Source of the DNA: Peribolospora baueri
Lineage: Eukaryota
Direction of reading: 5' to 3'
Length of the DNA: 53,287 bases
Assembly (NCBI GenBank): GCA_029717555.1
Contig: JAMDHS010000044.1
Span: 124,001 to 177,287 of the forward strand
The position numbers and the translations under genes are program-made. The stretch's first letter is position 1. Each line of letters begins with the position of its first letter. This document shows positions 22,313 to 35,723 of this stretch, in pieces. The notes beneath the pieces were generated by a model, which searched no databases, was not told the DNA's origin, and saw nothing but the letters and a program-made list of their open reading frames with translations.

Positions 22313-25300
22313 TCACCGCCTGCCTTGCTGCCCATGCCCGATCCCCAGCCCGTCAAAGCCGTTCACCGAAAAGGACTCCAAGTCGGCCAGAGCCGGCAAT
22401 CTTGGCGACCCCCCGCCGCCCTCCACCTCCGGGTCAACGCTCGAGCCCATCGACGATCTTGATCCCGGTCCTCTGCCTCCGCCCCCACCTCCGCCCAGCC
22501 AGGCCTGCTCCCCCTGCTGCTGCGAATGCGAGAAAACGTCGGCGCCCCTCGCCCCCGCTCCTCCACCCACAACGGCGGCGCGCATGTCCTTATCGATCTG
22601 CCGATGCTGGGAGCCGTAACCGGGAGCACGAATGGGAGCCTCGGCAGAACGCCCAGGCGGGCCCCTGTTGGCCTTGGTCAGGCCCGTCCGCTTCTGTCTT
22701 CCTGCCGGGCCGGCGCCTGTCGTCGGCGGTGCGTCCGAGGCCACTCCCTGCTGGACGCCGGGCAGTTGTTGCTGGAAGTGCGCACCGCCGCCACAGCCTT
22801 GTTGTTGTTGTTGTTGCTGCTGCTGCTGCTGCGGCTGCCCCGGTGGTTGCGGTGTCGGTGGTGGCTGCCCTTGTTGGTCAAGCTGCTGCCCTTGCCCTTG
22901 CCCTTGCCCTTGTCCTTGTCCTTGCTGCAATGCCTGCTGCTGAGCGATAAGGGCGGCCTGAGCCGCCTGTCCTCCTCGCCCGTTGGCGGCAGCGGCGGCC
23001 TGAGCGTTGCGCAGGGCGAGCAGCTGTTGCTGCTGCTGAGCCTGCTGTTGTGCACGGTTGATGATGCTTAAAAACCAGAACATGAGGTTGGAAATCAGCA
23101 CTTGCTCCACCAGCGGTCGGCGCGGGTTGGCCAGCTTGATGTGCGAGAGCCGGTAGAGGGCTCGCTCGACGTGGATCGGGTAGCGGGCAAAGTTGGTGTA
23201 CGGCCGCGGCTGGCCCGCGGGTCCGCCTCCCGACGGCGCACCTACGGCGTTGGAGCGGACGATATTGATGGAAGTGGAGGAAGACGCGGAGGATCCGCCG
23301 CCGTAGATCTGGTGATGAGCGGAAGAGGCGGAGGCGGGATAGGAAGACGAGGCAGAGTCGTCGGCCTTCTTCTTGCCGAAGAGCGAGCCAAGGAAACCGC
23401 CCTTCTCCTTTTCCTCCTTGGCCGCCGCCTTCTCCTCCTCTCTTCGCTCTCTCTCCCTCTCCTTCTCCGCCGCCCTCGCGGCCTTGTTCTTCCCGCCACC
23501 CCCAGATTCCTTGTCCTTGTCCTTCCCACCCGCATCCCTCTCCTCCTTGCTACTGAACCAGCTTCCAATACCAGACTTCTTCTCCTTCTTCCCCGTCCGC
23601 GCCGCCACTTCCCGCTCCGGCTCTGGCACGGGGATGGGCTGAGCAGGAGGTCGGACGGCCGAGGCCGGGGGAAGGCCTGTCGACAATTGCGGATGGGAAA
23701 GAGGCCGATGACGGTCCTGCGTAGGCGTCTTGACGAGCGACGGTCGACGCGTCTTCTGCTGCTGCTGCTGCTGTTGCTGCTGCTGATCAGCTTCTCTCCC
23801 CTTCTCATCCTGCTCCTTCTCCCGCTGTCGCTGCCGCTCCCTCTCTTGCTCCCTCTCCCTGTCCCGCTCCAACGCCGCCGCCTTGACCTGGGCCGCGGGT
23901 GTCGGCGTCGAGGATGCCGCCGTGGAAGACGACGCAGTCGACGCACCGGGAGGAGGCCAAGTCTTCTCAAACGCCTTCGGAGGCTCGACACTGCTGATCA
24001 GCACGGGGGTAGAAACATCTCCGGCTCCAAGCCCGGCGGCGGCAGCGGGGGCCGCCGGGTCGGGGTCAACGCCCGCACCCACGTCCCCCTCCAGATCGAA
24101 CCGATCTGGATCCACGCCCGAGCCGGCGCGCCCGACCGTCGTCGGACTCTTGAGCGTCAGAGGCGGGCTAGGAGGTTGACCGGCCCCGGTAGCAGCGGCG
24201 GGCAGCTGTCTTGTATCTAGCCGGATCCGCCCCGCAGAGGCGGCCGCGGGGTCGGACGGGGAAGCGGCAGCTTCTTCTCCGGGAGAGTCGTCGACGATGT
24301 GGACCGGCCTCGGCGTCATCGCCTCCTTCTCGTCCTCGCCCTTGCGCGTCATCGGCACGACTTCGTCGAAATATTCCCTCGCGCCTCCAGCGGGGGCAGC
24401 CTGCGTGGGCGTCGCAGGCGGGCTCGGACTGCCGCCCTCTAGGGCCGGCGCGTCCGTGCTGTCGCTGGTCGTCGTTGTCGTCGTCGCTTCCGACTCGGCC
24501 GTGTTGGTGCTGAGCGTGCTCGTCGTGCTCGCGTAACTATCACGATACGAGTCCACAATGGCCTCCTCCTCGCCGCCAAACGTCCTTGACGCCCTGCCTC
24601 TGGTCTTGGCCATGGCCTCGGCCTCGGTCTCGCCTCGTCCGCCACCGCCGTTGCTCTCGGAGCTTGCGAGGCTGGCAGCGCTGTCTCGACGGCGTTCGCG
24701 CTCCTTCTCCATCACCGCCAACGCGACGTCGGCGAGGCCCATCTTGCCCTCTCCCTGTCCATCCTCGCCGCGCGTCCTTCTCTTCGACGGAAACCGGTGT
24801 CCGCCTCCGTCTCCGGAGAGCGACGACTTGCGGATCTTGGTGCGCGCGGCCCGACGGAGGATCTGTCCCGGCCGGGGCACGATGATCGGTGAGTCCGCCT
24901 CGTCCTCCTCTGGGCCCGCATCTTCGACCACCTCGAGGGCTGGTAAGGGGACGGGACGAAGACGCCGGAGCGAGGAGAGGACGAGCATGAGACAAGGTGA
25001 CGACGACCATCGGAAGGGCGGTGTGAGGGCGACGTCGTGTAGAAGGAAGGGATGGGGGGCCGACGTGAAAAGAGGAGTCGCGACGGGGTGTCAGAAATGA
25101 GGGCGAGCGACACGAGCGCAAAGTTAAATGGAAAGGGAAACGGAGGAAATGATGAGTGAGCATCGGGCACCGTTGGGGAACGCCTGCGTTGGCGAGACTG
25201 CGCAAACAGCTACCCCCGGCAATCGGACGCCGACGCGAAAAAAGGATGCGTCCACTAGCGCCGGCACGCCGCCTTATCACCCGTCCCGCTCCGGGAGTGA

Positions 25301-26404
25301 ACGCGACGGTGAGGCGACGACGACGGAAAACGGACGCAGCAAACGCTTCCTTCCTTCTATGCGTCCGCCAGGACGGCATTTAGTCCACTGTGATTACCGT
25401 CCCGTGCCGGCGGAAGCGAAACGCTTCAAAGCAAACATCACCCGACCAAGAGGGCGAAGGGGCAGGGGCAGAGGAGGGAGAAGGAAAAGAAAAGAAAACT
25501 CACCACTAGGGGCGACGTTCAAACTAAGCGTTCTGCGCAACACGCTCCTCAATCTTCTCGGGTCCTCCAACCTCGTCGCCTCCTCGGCCAGCTGCTCGAG
25601 CTTTTGCAAGTCGTCGATGGTGAGCTGCGGACCGGACTTGTAGACGGAGCGGTTGCGTCGGAGGGGTTCGGGATCGTCGTCGCTGTCGTCGTTGACGTGC
25701 TTCGATGGGTCGTACTGTCGGCTCAGCATGGAGCGCTTCCGCGTCAGCGACGTGGCACGTGCAATGCGCTGCTCGACGGGCGAAGGCAACTCGCCGGCGG
25801 TCCCGCTGCCGCTGGCGGACGAGTCGGAGGCGCTGGACGTCGACGGTGTCCGACTGGGCAGACCAGCGACGGTGTTGCGGGCTTCCTGAGCGGCGAGGGC
25901 AGAAGCGGCGCGCGAGGCGTGATCCTTGAGAAAATTGCGAAAGTCGATGGGCGAAATCTCCGGGTGGAGGTGTGCGGGGACCCAGAAGAGGTGGGAGGGG
26001 TCGTCCGGGGCGATGACACCGTCGTCGTCGGCGCCGCTTTCGCCGCCGCTGCCGGCGGAAGAGCGTCGCGAGCGTATGCTGGCTCTCGAGCGGCTGCTCC
26101 ACGCCCGTCGAGGCGATCCGGAGCTTGCCCGGGCCACCCTAGCCTCTCCTTCCGGGCTGGCAGCGGCCGCTGGAGGGGCGGCGGAGGCGTCGTCGGCGGC
26201 GTTGCCCTCGCTAGCGGCGAGCATGGCCTTGATCTCGTGGACGACGTCAGCGCCGGGCCCGCCAAGGATCTCCGACCCGCCGCCGCGGACGGCAGCCATA
26301 TCCGGCAGGTCCGGATCGAGGATGGGCCGGTTGACGGAGCGGCGTCGGTGGGACTTGAGTGCGGCCACCTCGCGCTCGAACTCGGACTCCGTGATTTTCT
26401 GCAT
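22313..26404 (-). CDS. ZDS1: Zds1-like PP2A-Cdc55 regulator (Zds_C domain), with polyQ tracts
   Basis: HLFWVPAHLHPEISPIDFRNFL, SLTRKRSMLSRQY and the C-terminal RYPIHVERALYRLSHIKLANPRRPLVEQVLISNLMFWFL. Intron 25503-24940 joins LSLNVAPS|ALEVV in frame. Confidence 0.9.
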
Positions 26405-27682
26405 GGCGGGCGGGTGGGCCAATGCAAAGGCGGGGGGTGGGCGGTCGGCTCTGTTCTGGCTGCGGTCAAGGGCGACCGCAGGTGCTCGCTAGCCGGTGGT
26501 CTTGCTTGCCAACCGATTTGACGAGAGCCGAGAGTTGACCGGGGCGGCCGTGACGGGATCGCCGGCGGTCGAGGGGGGAAGGGGCAGGTGAATGAGAGGA
26601 GAAGGAGGAAAATGGGATGGGATGGAGGGAGGTGACGATGGTGTGAGAGGGAAGGAGAGGATGGGGAGGGGAACGTTGGAATGCTGGCTCGTCAAGGCGG
26701 TGGCATCGATGTCGACGATCGAGGCGACGAGGAGGGCGAGAAGGAAAAGTGGTGGAGCGGGCGGTCGAGTTACTCGGCGAACGCGACGAACGACGATGAC
26801 GACAACACGACGACGACGACGACGATGACGACGGCGACGATGATGATGACAACGACCAAGCCGGGACAAGAGAACGAGGGATGCAATCCGATCTGCGTTG
26901 TTCAAAGCCGAGCCGAGCGAGCGTGGGCGCGAGTCCAGTCCAGTCAAGTCAGCTAGCTAGCTGGCCGGCGGGTGGGTTTTGTCAATCTATCAATCAGTCC
27001 ATTCGTGCGTGAGTGCGATCGTTCTCGTTCTCGTTCTCGTCCTCGCTCGTCGCTTCGTTTGTTTGACGTCGACGACGCCGGCTTGGTTGGACGATGTCTC
27101 GGGACGAAGGAAGCGCGTACGGTGAACGAGGGGGCGAAGGAGGACGAGACGAGACGAGGGCGGTGGATGGGTCGGTTGGGCGGGGGTGTGGGAGGTGAAT
27201 GGAGAAGGAGGGAGGGAGGAGGGAGTGAGAGGCGAGATGGAGGATGGGGGAGGGGGGAGGAGAGAAGGAAGGAAGGAAGGAAGTTGGCTGGCGGTTGAGA
27301 TGGATCGGATGACGGATGACGACCAGCTCGACGACGACGACGGCGAGCGGAGACGGCAAGAAGGAATTCAAGCCGAATTAAAGTCGAGTGTAATCCAGGG
27401 TAGTCGAAATTGGCCGGATCACGTGCAGCTCATCAAGCCAAGTCAATTGACCAGAGTCCGCCGTCACCGCCACCTCCTTACAAAATCCCTTCTTCACCGC
27501 TTCTAAGCGCAACTAACCGCCCTCACGCGACCCTCCTCACTCAAGACGCATCACGTGACACGGGACGAATCCACGGCTGTATTCTTTCGCCAAGAGCATG
27601 ACCACCACACGACACACAGAAAGGATCTAGAGATCGTTCGAAACGCAACGCAAACGCAACGCAACACAAAGACCCAACCCGC

Positions 27683-30622
27683 TCAGGCCGCCACGTGCCA
27701 GTCCAGCTTCTTCGCCATGTCCCCCTTCTGCAGCAGCTCTGCGATCTGCTCCACGTCCTTGTCCCCGCGGCCCGACAGCACGACGACCACGTCGGTGCCC
27801 TTGGCCATGCCGCGCGCCAGCTCGTAAGCGCCCCAGATCGCATGCGACGTTTCGAGTGCTGCCGCGCACAAACAGAGACAGACAAACACACACACACAGA
27901 GAAAAAAGAGAGAAAAAGCCGAGTCAGTCGTCCGCCTACGTCCTTATCCGTCCGCTCCCCCAGGCTGGCTCACCCGGAATGATGCCCTCCAGTTCGGTCA
28001 GCATCCTAAAGCCCCGCAGCGCCTCCTCGTCCGTCGCCGTCACGTACTCCGCCCGTCCAGAGTCCTTGAGGTGCGCATGCTCCGGGCCGACGCCTGGGTA
28101 GTCCAGTCCGGCAGACACCGAGTGCGTCTCCAGGATCTGTCCCACCTTGGACTGCAGGATGTACGTCCGGACGCCGTGCAGGACGCCCTTGGTGCCCTTG
28201 GCAAGCGTCGCCGAGTGCCGCACCGTGTCGACGCCGTCGCCGGCCGCCTCGACGCCCACCATCCGCACGCTCTTGTCCTCGATGAAAGGGTGGAACATGC
28301 CAATCGCGTTGCTCCCCCCTCCCACACACGCCACCACCGCCTCCGGCAGCTTGCCCCGCTTCTCCATCATTTGCTCCTTCACCTCCTTGCCGATCACCGA
28401 CTGGAAGTCTCGCACGATCGACGGGAACGGGTGCGGCCCGATCGCCGAGCCGACGAGGTAGTGTGTCGTCGACAGGTTCGTCACCCAGTCGCGGAACGCC
28501 TGGCCGTATACGAACAGAACAAAGGGCGGTGAGCGCGTGCCGAGAGCCAGTTCCGTGCCGTGCCGTCGTCGGCCATTCACGCACCTCATTGATGGCGTCC
28601 TTCAACGTCTTCGAACCGCTCTCCACCGCCACCACTTTGCCGCCCAACATCTTGATCCGGAATGCGTTCAACGCCTGACGCCGAACATCTTCTGCCCCCA
28701 TGTAGATCACGCACTCCATCCCGAACCGAGCGCACACCGTCGCCGTCGCCACGCCGTGCTGGCCCGCCCCCGTTTCTGCAATGATCCGCGTTTTCCCCAG
28801 CCGCCGGGCCAGGAGAATCTGCGGCGCGGGCGGCATGTGCAAAAGGACGCGACGATGAAAATGGGGCCCGGTCAGAACAGAGAATGCAACGCCCATCCAT
28901 CATACTCCGTTCACCGACCGGCTCACCTGCCCGATGGCGTTGTTGATCTTGTGCGATCCCGTATGATTCAGGTCCTCCCTCTTGAACCAAATATTCGCCC
29001 CGCCCGCCTTCTCCGTCAACCTCTCGGCCAAATACAACTCCGAAGGCCGACCGATATAGCCGTACAAACTCTCAAACTCTTTCCAGAATTCTGGATCCGC
29101 TTTGGCAGACCGGTGCGCCGCCTCCAGCTCCACCAGGCAGTCGAATAGCGCCTCTGGCACGTACTGCCCGCCAAACTCGCCAAAGCGCGGCGGCAGCACC
29201 TCGCCGGCCGAGGTCACCACCGTGTCCAAGCCCGGGATGGGGGCCGACTTGGTCGCGTCCGCCACGCCGTCCACGGGAGGGGGAGCGACCTTGCTGGGGC
29301 CGTTCGGCTGCGAGGCATTATTCAGCTGAGACCCCTCTTTCGCCTCCGATCCTTCTTCGTCCCTCCCCGTCACCATCGCACAGTACTTCTCCACCATCTC
29401 TGCCCTCTCATCCTCACGCGCCGTCTTGAGCACGTGGATGATCGTGCTCCCGATGACGACGCCGTCGGCGTGCTCGGCGACCGTCAAAAAGTGCTCCCTC
29501 GTGCTGACACCGAACCCTACCGCGAGGGGGACCTGGGTGTGTGCGCGAATGCGGGATAGGATGGCGGGAAGCTCCGTGTTGACCGAATTGGAGGCACCAG
29601 TGGTGCCCATTTTGGAGACGACGTAGATGAACGAGTCAGCCAGAGTGGAAAGGAAGGCGATGCGTGAGTCCGAGGTGCTGGGAGCGATCAAGGGGACGTA
29701 GGACATGCTGAGAGGTGCGGCGGACGACGGACGAGGAAATGGTGGTGCAAGGTCAAAATGGGTATTGTCGGTCAGGCTGGTCCCTGTAAAAAGAAAGCAA
29801 CGAAGAGACCACTCACGATTCCTTGGTGCACTGCTTCCTAAAATCGACGGCCTCCTCGGGAGGCAAGTCCACAACGATGAAGCCGTTCGCGCCGGCCGCG
29901 TGAGCGTCGCGCACTGCGCGCTCCTCGCCGTACGCCAGAATGGGATTGTAGTAGCCTGAGGGAGCGGGGGAGAGACGAGCGTGACGAGGGATAAAAGACG
30001 ACTTTCAGCGACAAAGGACCGACGAGTTGATCCGAAACCTGCGGCGACGGTGTCGAGGAATGCAGACGCACCCATGAGGAGCACGGGCACGTGGAGTCCT
30101 TTGGTACGAGCCTGCCGGACAAAGTCCAAGCACTCGGCATACCCGACGTCGTATTCAAGCGCGACCTACGGGCGGGCAGGGGACAGGGAAAACAAGCACA
30201 GAAATGAGCGCGGGAGCCCGCGTCCAAGGCGCCATCTCACGTAATGGTCGCAACCGCGGACCAGCACACTCGGAGCTCACATTGTTGCTCTCTTGAATTG
30301 CAGCTCCGTCGGCGACGGGGTCCGAGAAAGGCACGCCCAGCTCGATGACGTCCGCTCCGCCCCTTTGGAGTGCGAGGAGAGTGTCGACGGTCGAGTCCGG
30401 GTGCGGGTGACCCGCTGTGACGAAGGCCACGAAGATGGACTTGTTCTGGGGGCAGAGCGCCACAATTTGATTCGATTCGATTCAATTCGATCAGCTCTGC
30501 TCTCGTCTTGCTTGCCTTGCTTCCTGCAGCCAACAACCGTGAGGCCGGTGGTGCGCTGGGCGGGAAGGAGGGCTCACCTGGGCCTTCTTCGCAGCAAAAG
30601 TCTGCTTGAGAAGTTCGGTCAT
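27683..30622 (-). CDS. TRP5: Tryptophan synthase, fused alpha-beta
   Basis: Alpha domain: [39 protein letters not shown]. Beta domain: [65 protein letters not shown]. All junctions are in frame. Confidence 0.98.
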
Positions 30623-31155
30623 GGTGATAGTATCTTCCTCTTTCTCTATCTCCCTTCCTTGGACCTGAAAGAGGAATGGGATGGGAAAAGGATGCGAAGT
30701 GGACGCCGCGAGCCTTAAATGTCTTCAGAAGGAGGAGTCACTTGCTCTCTCGTCTCACTCGCTCAACCTTCCTGCCGCAGCAGTGATCTCTTCTCAGATC
30801 ATACCCGCGTAACTCCGATGGCGGTGGGCTGCTGCGGCGACGGCGGCAGCCCCGTCCGTGCGACGCCGGGGCCAACAAGGTGCGGCTGATTAGCGGCCGG
30901 GGGGCCGGCGTCGAGGGAAGAGCGAGAGACATCGTCTTTGGTTGGAGAGACACGAACACGGACACAAGCACAAGGAAAAGGGAAAAGGGAAGACAGAAAA
31001 GAGAAGAAAGGGCGCTCCAGCTGGTCTATCGTCCGCTTCCTTCTTCTCTCTCACCACCATCACTCAGCGCACTCACGTAGACTGGGCCCTATCCGCTGCC
31101 TTCGCCTACATTCTCGCCCCCATCCTTTTCCAACCTTACTCGGCCGACAAGGGCC

Positions 31156-34100
31156 ATGTCCCGCCTAGACGCCGATCGAGCGGGGCCTCCCAGCGACTCG
31201 GTCGAGCTGAACAACCTGCCGGTTTCCTCCACCTCGTCCACCTTTCTTAATGACGCTTCCAGCCACCCCTTGCCCTCTCCTCGCCGCCGGGCCTCGCTCG
31301 ATGAGCGAGGTCGCGCAGAGAGCGAGGAGGGAGACGAGGTGGCATACGAGGACGAAGACGAGGCTGCGTTTATGCTTGGCCCCATCTCCGGTCGGGACCC
31401 AGAGGTAGCGGGCGAAGAGGAGGAAGGGGCGGGAGAGGAAGAGGATCTGGAGAAGAGGGCGGCGTGGAGGAAGAGGCAGCGACGGAGGAGACGAGGTGGT
31501 GCCGGCGCAGGACCAGTAAACGAGGACGATCCATTGGAGGTCATCGCCAACATCGTGCCTGAGACGGATGACCCAAGCTTGCCTAGCCTCACGTTCCGTG
31601 TCTTCTTGATCGGTGTGACGCTCTGTATCATCGGTGCTGCCGTTACGCAGGTGAGTTGGCAATTCAAGGCCACGGCAGTCACCGCTGTCGCCCAGTCTGC
31701 CAGTCTTGTGGGTTCGCTCGTTGCCATATTCATTCTGATTTGCTTCTTGTCCGCCGTACTGTGCACAGCTCTTTTTCTTCAAATCCAACGCCCCGCGCTT
31801 CTCGAGCTACTTCATCATCCTTGTCTCCTTCCCTATCGGTAGATGGCTCGCCCGCGTTCTCCCCGCCAAGGACGTCCGTATTGCATTGGGCAAGCTCACA
31901 CTTTGCGAGTTCAATCTCAACCCCGGGCCCTTCAGTCCCAAGGAGCATTTGCTGAGTGAGTAACCCAGGTTAACAGGAGCTACGGGGAGGCTGTGTAAGG
32001 CCCCTCATCCTCTCGGTTTTCCTACCTGCGCCTACTCACCGCTTTGGGTTTCGATCCCGGCTCAGTTACCGTCCTCGCAAGCTCTGGCGCAACCACCGCC
32101 TACGCTTCGGAGTGAGCTTCCCGTCTTGTACAGCTTATACGTTCACTCGGGCCACTCACCTCAATTCCGCCCTCATCCTCGCCTTCCAGCATCATAGCAA
32201 TCCAAGACCTCTATTACCACCAAACTCTCTCAACCGTAGCCGGAATAACCCTCCTTCTAACGACCCAAGTAATTGGGTTCGGCCTCGCCAACCTCGTCTC
32301 CGATCTCCTCGTCAAACCCCCCCGCATGCTCTTCCCCTCCAGTCTCGTCACCGTGACGCTGTTTCAAACTCTACACGATACGCAGTCCGCACTTACAAGG
32401 CCCAGATTGAGGCTTTTCATGTTTGGCTTCATCGCCATCTTTTTGTATCAGGTGGGTCCCTCGCCGGCCCGTCTGCAAGTGGTTGCGCATGCGACCAAGT
32501 AGTCGGTCAGGCGATCTTACGTTTTCGCATACCTGCACGTTCTTACCCGCTACGGATTTCTCGACCCACCTCGTGAATCTTCAGTTCCTCCCCTCTTTAA
32601 TAGCTCCAACCCTGACCTCAATCGCCGTGCTCTGCATCGTCGACAACAAGTCCCCTGTGATGACTGTCCTCAGTTCTGGATACAAGGGCTTTGGCTTCCT
32701 CAACTTTTCGCTCGATTGGACGGCCGTGGGCAGTTCGGGTCCGCTGTTTACGCCATGGTGGGCGAGCTTGAGTGAGTTTCTTCTTTGTGGATAAAACGAG
32801 GGTGGGGCCCCTCGTGAGAGAGTGGCGCCGCGAAACGGGATTTTGGACCCGTCTTTTGCTGATGCTTGTTATTCACCCCGCTTCGGCTGTCCCTTCCTGC
32901 CCTTTGCTTTGCTTAAGACTTCTTCGTCGGCGGTATCATCCCCATGTAAGTGTCGACGGGTCTTGAATGGCTTAGCGCCGACGTTATGGGCACTTTGGGC
33001 TGACCATCTTTTGCGCGTCGCATGGGATGAATCTCAGGATGTGGATCATTGTCCCCGCCTTAGTGAGCGGTCCTGCCGTTTCCTAATCGTGGCATGTACT
33101 GATTGACTCACCCACTCTCCTGACGTCGTCCTTCCTCCGCGCCGCCATCCTTCGCGTCCGACAGTGGTTTTCCAACTTCTGGAACGCTCAATCCTTCCCC
33201 TCCCCCCTAGACTCGGGTCTCTTCAACTCCTCGTACGGTCATTTCGAGGTTGCCTCTGTCCTTGACAAGGAGACGCTCACCCTCGATGAGACTAAATGGG
33301 AGCATGCCAAGCCGTTGCAGCTCACGCCATTCTTCGCCATCAGCTATGGAGTCAGCGTAAGGCCCTCTTCCTGTTTCAATATTTCCTAGCGTATCCATTT
33401 CTTTCTCGTCCTGCGGACGGAAGCCCAATTTTGCTGAACGAGCCGCTTATTACCTTTGTTACCGACGCAGTTTGCCATCCTCACCTCGGTCATCTCCCAC
33501 GTCCTCCTCTGGCACTGGGCTGACCTCAAAAGGGCCATCTTCTCCAAAGCCGAGCACGACGACATCCACAACGTGCTCATGTCCGCCTACCCTCCTGTCC
33601 CCAAGACCTGGTACCGAGTCACCTTCGCTCTCTCCCTCGCCTCTTCCGTCCTGCTTTGTTTATTTGCGCCGCTTCAGTTGCCTATTTGGGGGTTGTTTCT
33701 CGCACTCGTCATCGCCATCGCATTCCTTCCGCTTACCGGCATCGTGGTCGCCGTCAGTAATACAACCATTGGGCTCAACGTCATCACCGAGTTCGTCGCC
33801 GGTTTCTTGTTGCCTGGGAGGGTGAGTGATGCCACTTGGTGCAGAATAGGAGTTACCCTCGTGACTGTAGCTGATATGCTTTTTGCGCTGCGTTTGCCTC
33901 CCAGCCGATCGCCAACGTTGTTTTCAAAGTGATTAAGACTCTGCCAGTGCTGTTCCTTGGATTGGCCTCTTCAGCTGACCCTGCTTGATTCCCCTCGCCT
34001 CGCCCATTTTTAGTGCTTTGGCTACATGGCCATGTCACAGGCCCTAGACCTTGTCAAAGATCTTAAACTCGGACACTATATGAAGATCCCTCCTCGCCAT

Positions 34101-35271
34101 ATGTTTATCACCCAGTGAGTGCAATCTGGCATAACCCCTCGAGAGAAGACGATCACTAATGCCTCGTTTTCTTATTTGTCGCCCAAACTTGTAGGATCGT
34201 TGGCACAGGAATTGGCTGCGTCATCAACTACACCGTTCTCTACTCGGTCATGAAATCCAAGCGCCCCTACCTCGACGGCACCATGACCGACCCCACGGGC
34301 CAGTGGACCGGACGAGGCGTCGCCATCTTCTACTCAGCCAGCGTGATATGGGGAGCCGTCGGGCCTGCTCGGTGGGTCTCGCCTTTCTTGTCTGTCCATC
34401 TCGAGCCCTTCTATCTGCACAAGGGCGACAGAGCCATGATATGGGCTTAAGAAACACGTGGCTCATTTACGGAAGACCCCTCTGGCCCATCTCCCTTGCA
34501 TCGTAGCTTCTTCACGGGCAAGTACAAGGTCCTCTACATCGGTTTCTTGGTCGGCCTCATCCTGCCTCTTTTGCCCTGGTGGCTGCACAAGCGAATGCCA
34601 GGCCGGGGGTTCGACAAAGTGGCGTGGCCCCGTGAGTCTCTTTTCGTCACGTAGTTTCCCATTTCTCCTGTGTGATATCGTCATCGATGTTCGCCGAGGG
34701 CTCAACTCACTCTGATCTACGACATGACGGCGTTGTATATGGATTGGTCGCTCCGCGCGATAGTCATCTTCCACGGCTCCATTTCGGCCCCTCAGACCCC
34801 CACCAATATCATCACCCTCGGTTTCCTAACCGCTTGGGCGTCACAAAAATGGGCGAAGGAGAAGCAGTGGGTTTCAGGTCGATCGCTCTATGCGGGTGGA
34901 TTTTGCCGATCAACCGCTGACTTCTTTTCGGCGTTTCATTTGTCTGTCTGCCCGCCTTCGCCCTCGTCAAGTCCTCGGTGGTACGAGAAGTACAACTACG
35001 TCCTATCGGCAGCACTGGACGCTGGCACCTCCATCAATGCGTGAGCATACTTTTTCCGCTCGCTTCCGCTTTGCGCTCGCTGATCGCTTCCCATCGTGTT
35101 GGACTTTGCTCAACGCTGGCGACTTCTCGATGTTCCCTCCATTTCTTTTGGACCTCTTATTCCAGTCTCGCCGTGTATGTGCTGTCTGTGACCCTTCTTG
35201 CAGGATGGAAAGGCGGGGACTGGTGGTGGAACAGCTCGATGGACACCGAGCATTGCAAGCCAGGCTCGTGA
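31156..35271 (+). CDS. OPT-family oligopeptide transporter
   Basis: [71 protein letters not shown] and [17 protein letters not shown]. About 14 GT-AG introns were checked for frame. Confidence 0.95.
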
Positions 35272-35723
35272 GCGCTTGCCGCGAGTCGCTGCCACTGTCC
35301 ACTCCCGCGCGGCCGTGGCCTTCTTCGTACTGCATTTGATAGATATCCTTCGTGGCAAATTGAAGTTCGTTGAGGGATGCCGGATCTCGGCATAGCACGA
35401 CACACTCCGTGTGAGGAAAGGGGCCTGTGCATGTCATGCCACAAAGTCAAAGTTTGAGCAAAAGATCCATGGCTTGGGTCTCGGATGGGCGTCCAGGTCT
35501 TCAGACCAACGTCGACGTCCGTCTCCATTGCTCGTTTCCTTCCATGTTGGCGTCCCTTTTCGTCCACACCCGAGTCAGCACAAGTCTTCACCGGCCTCGC
35601 GAACGTAAACCCGTCCAGTTGGTTCAAACAAAGACGGCTTTTGACATCTCCTTATTTCGCCTAAGACCCACCAGACGGCCGGCCGTCGGCACAGTGTACA
35701 AAAAACGCGAAAGCGACCTCCCA

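Noticed and set aside
22402..26521. Many long overlapping ORFs, including poly-Cys and poly-Leu frames, across ZDS1
   Set aside because: Antisense and alternative frames of a GC-rich gene with CAG repeats; no independent evidence of coding.
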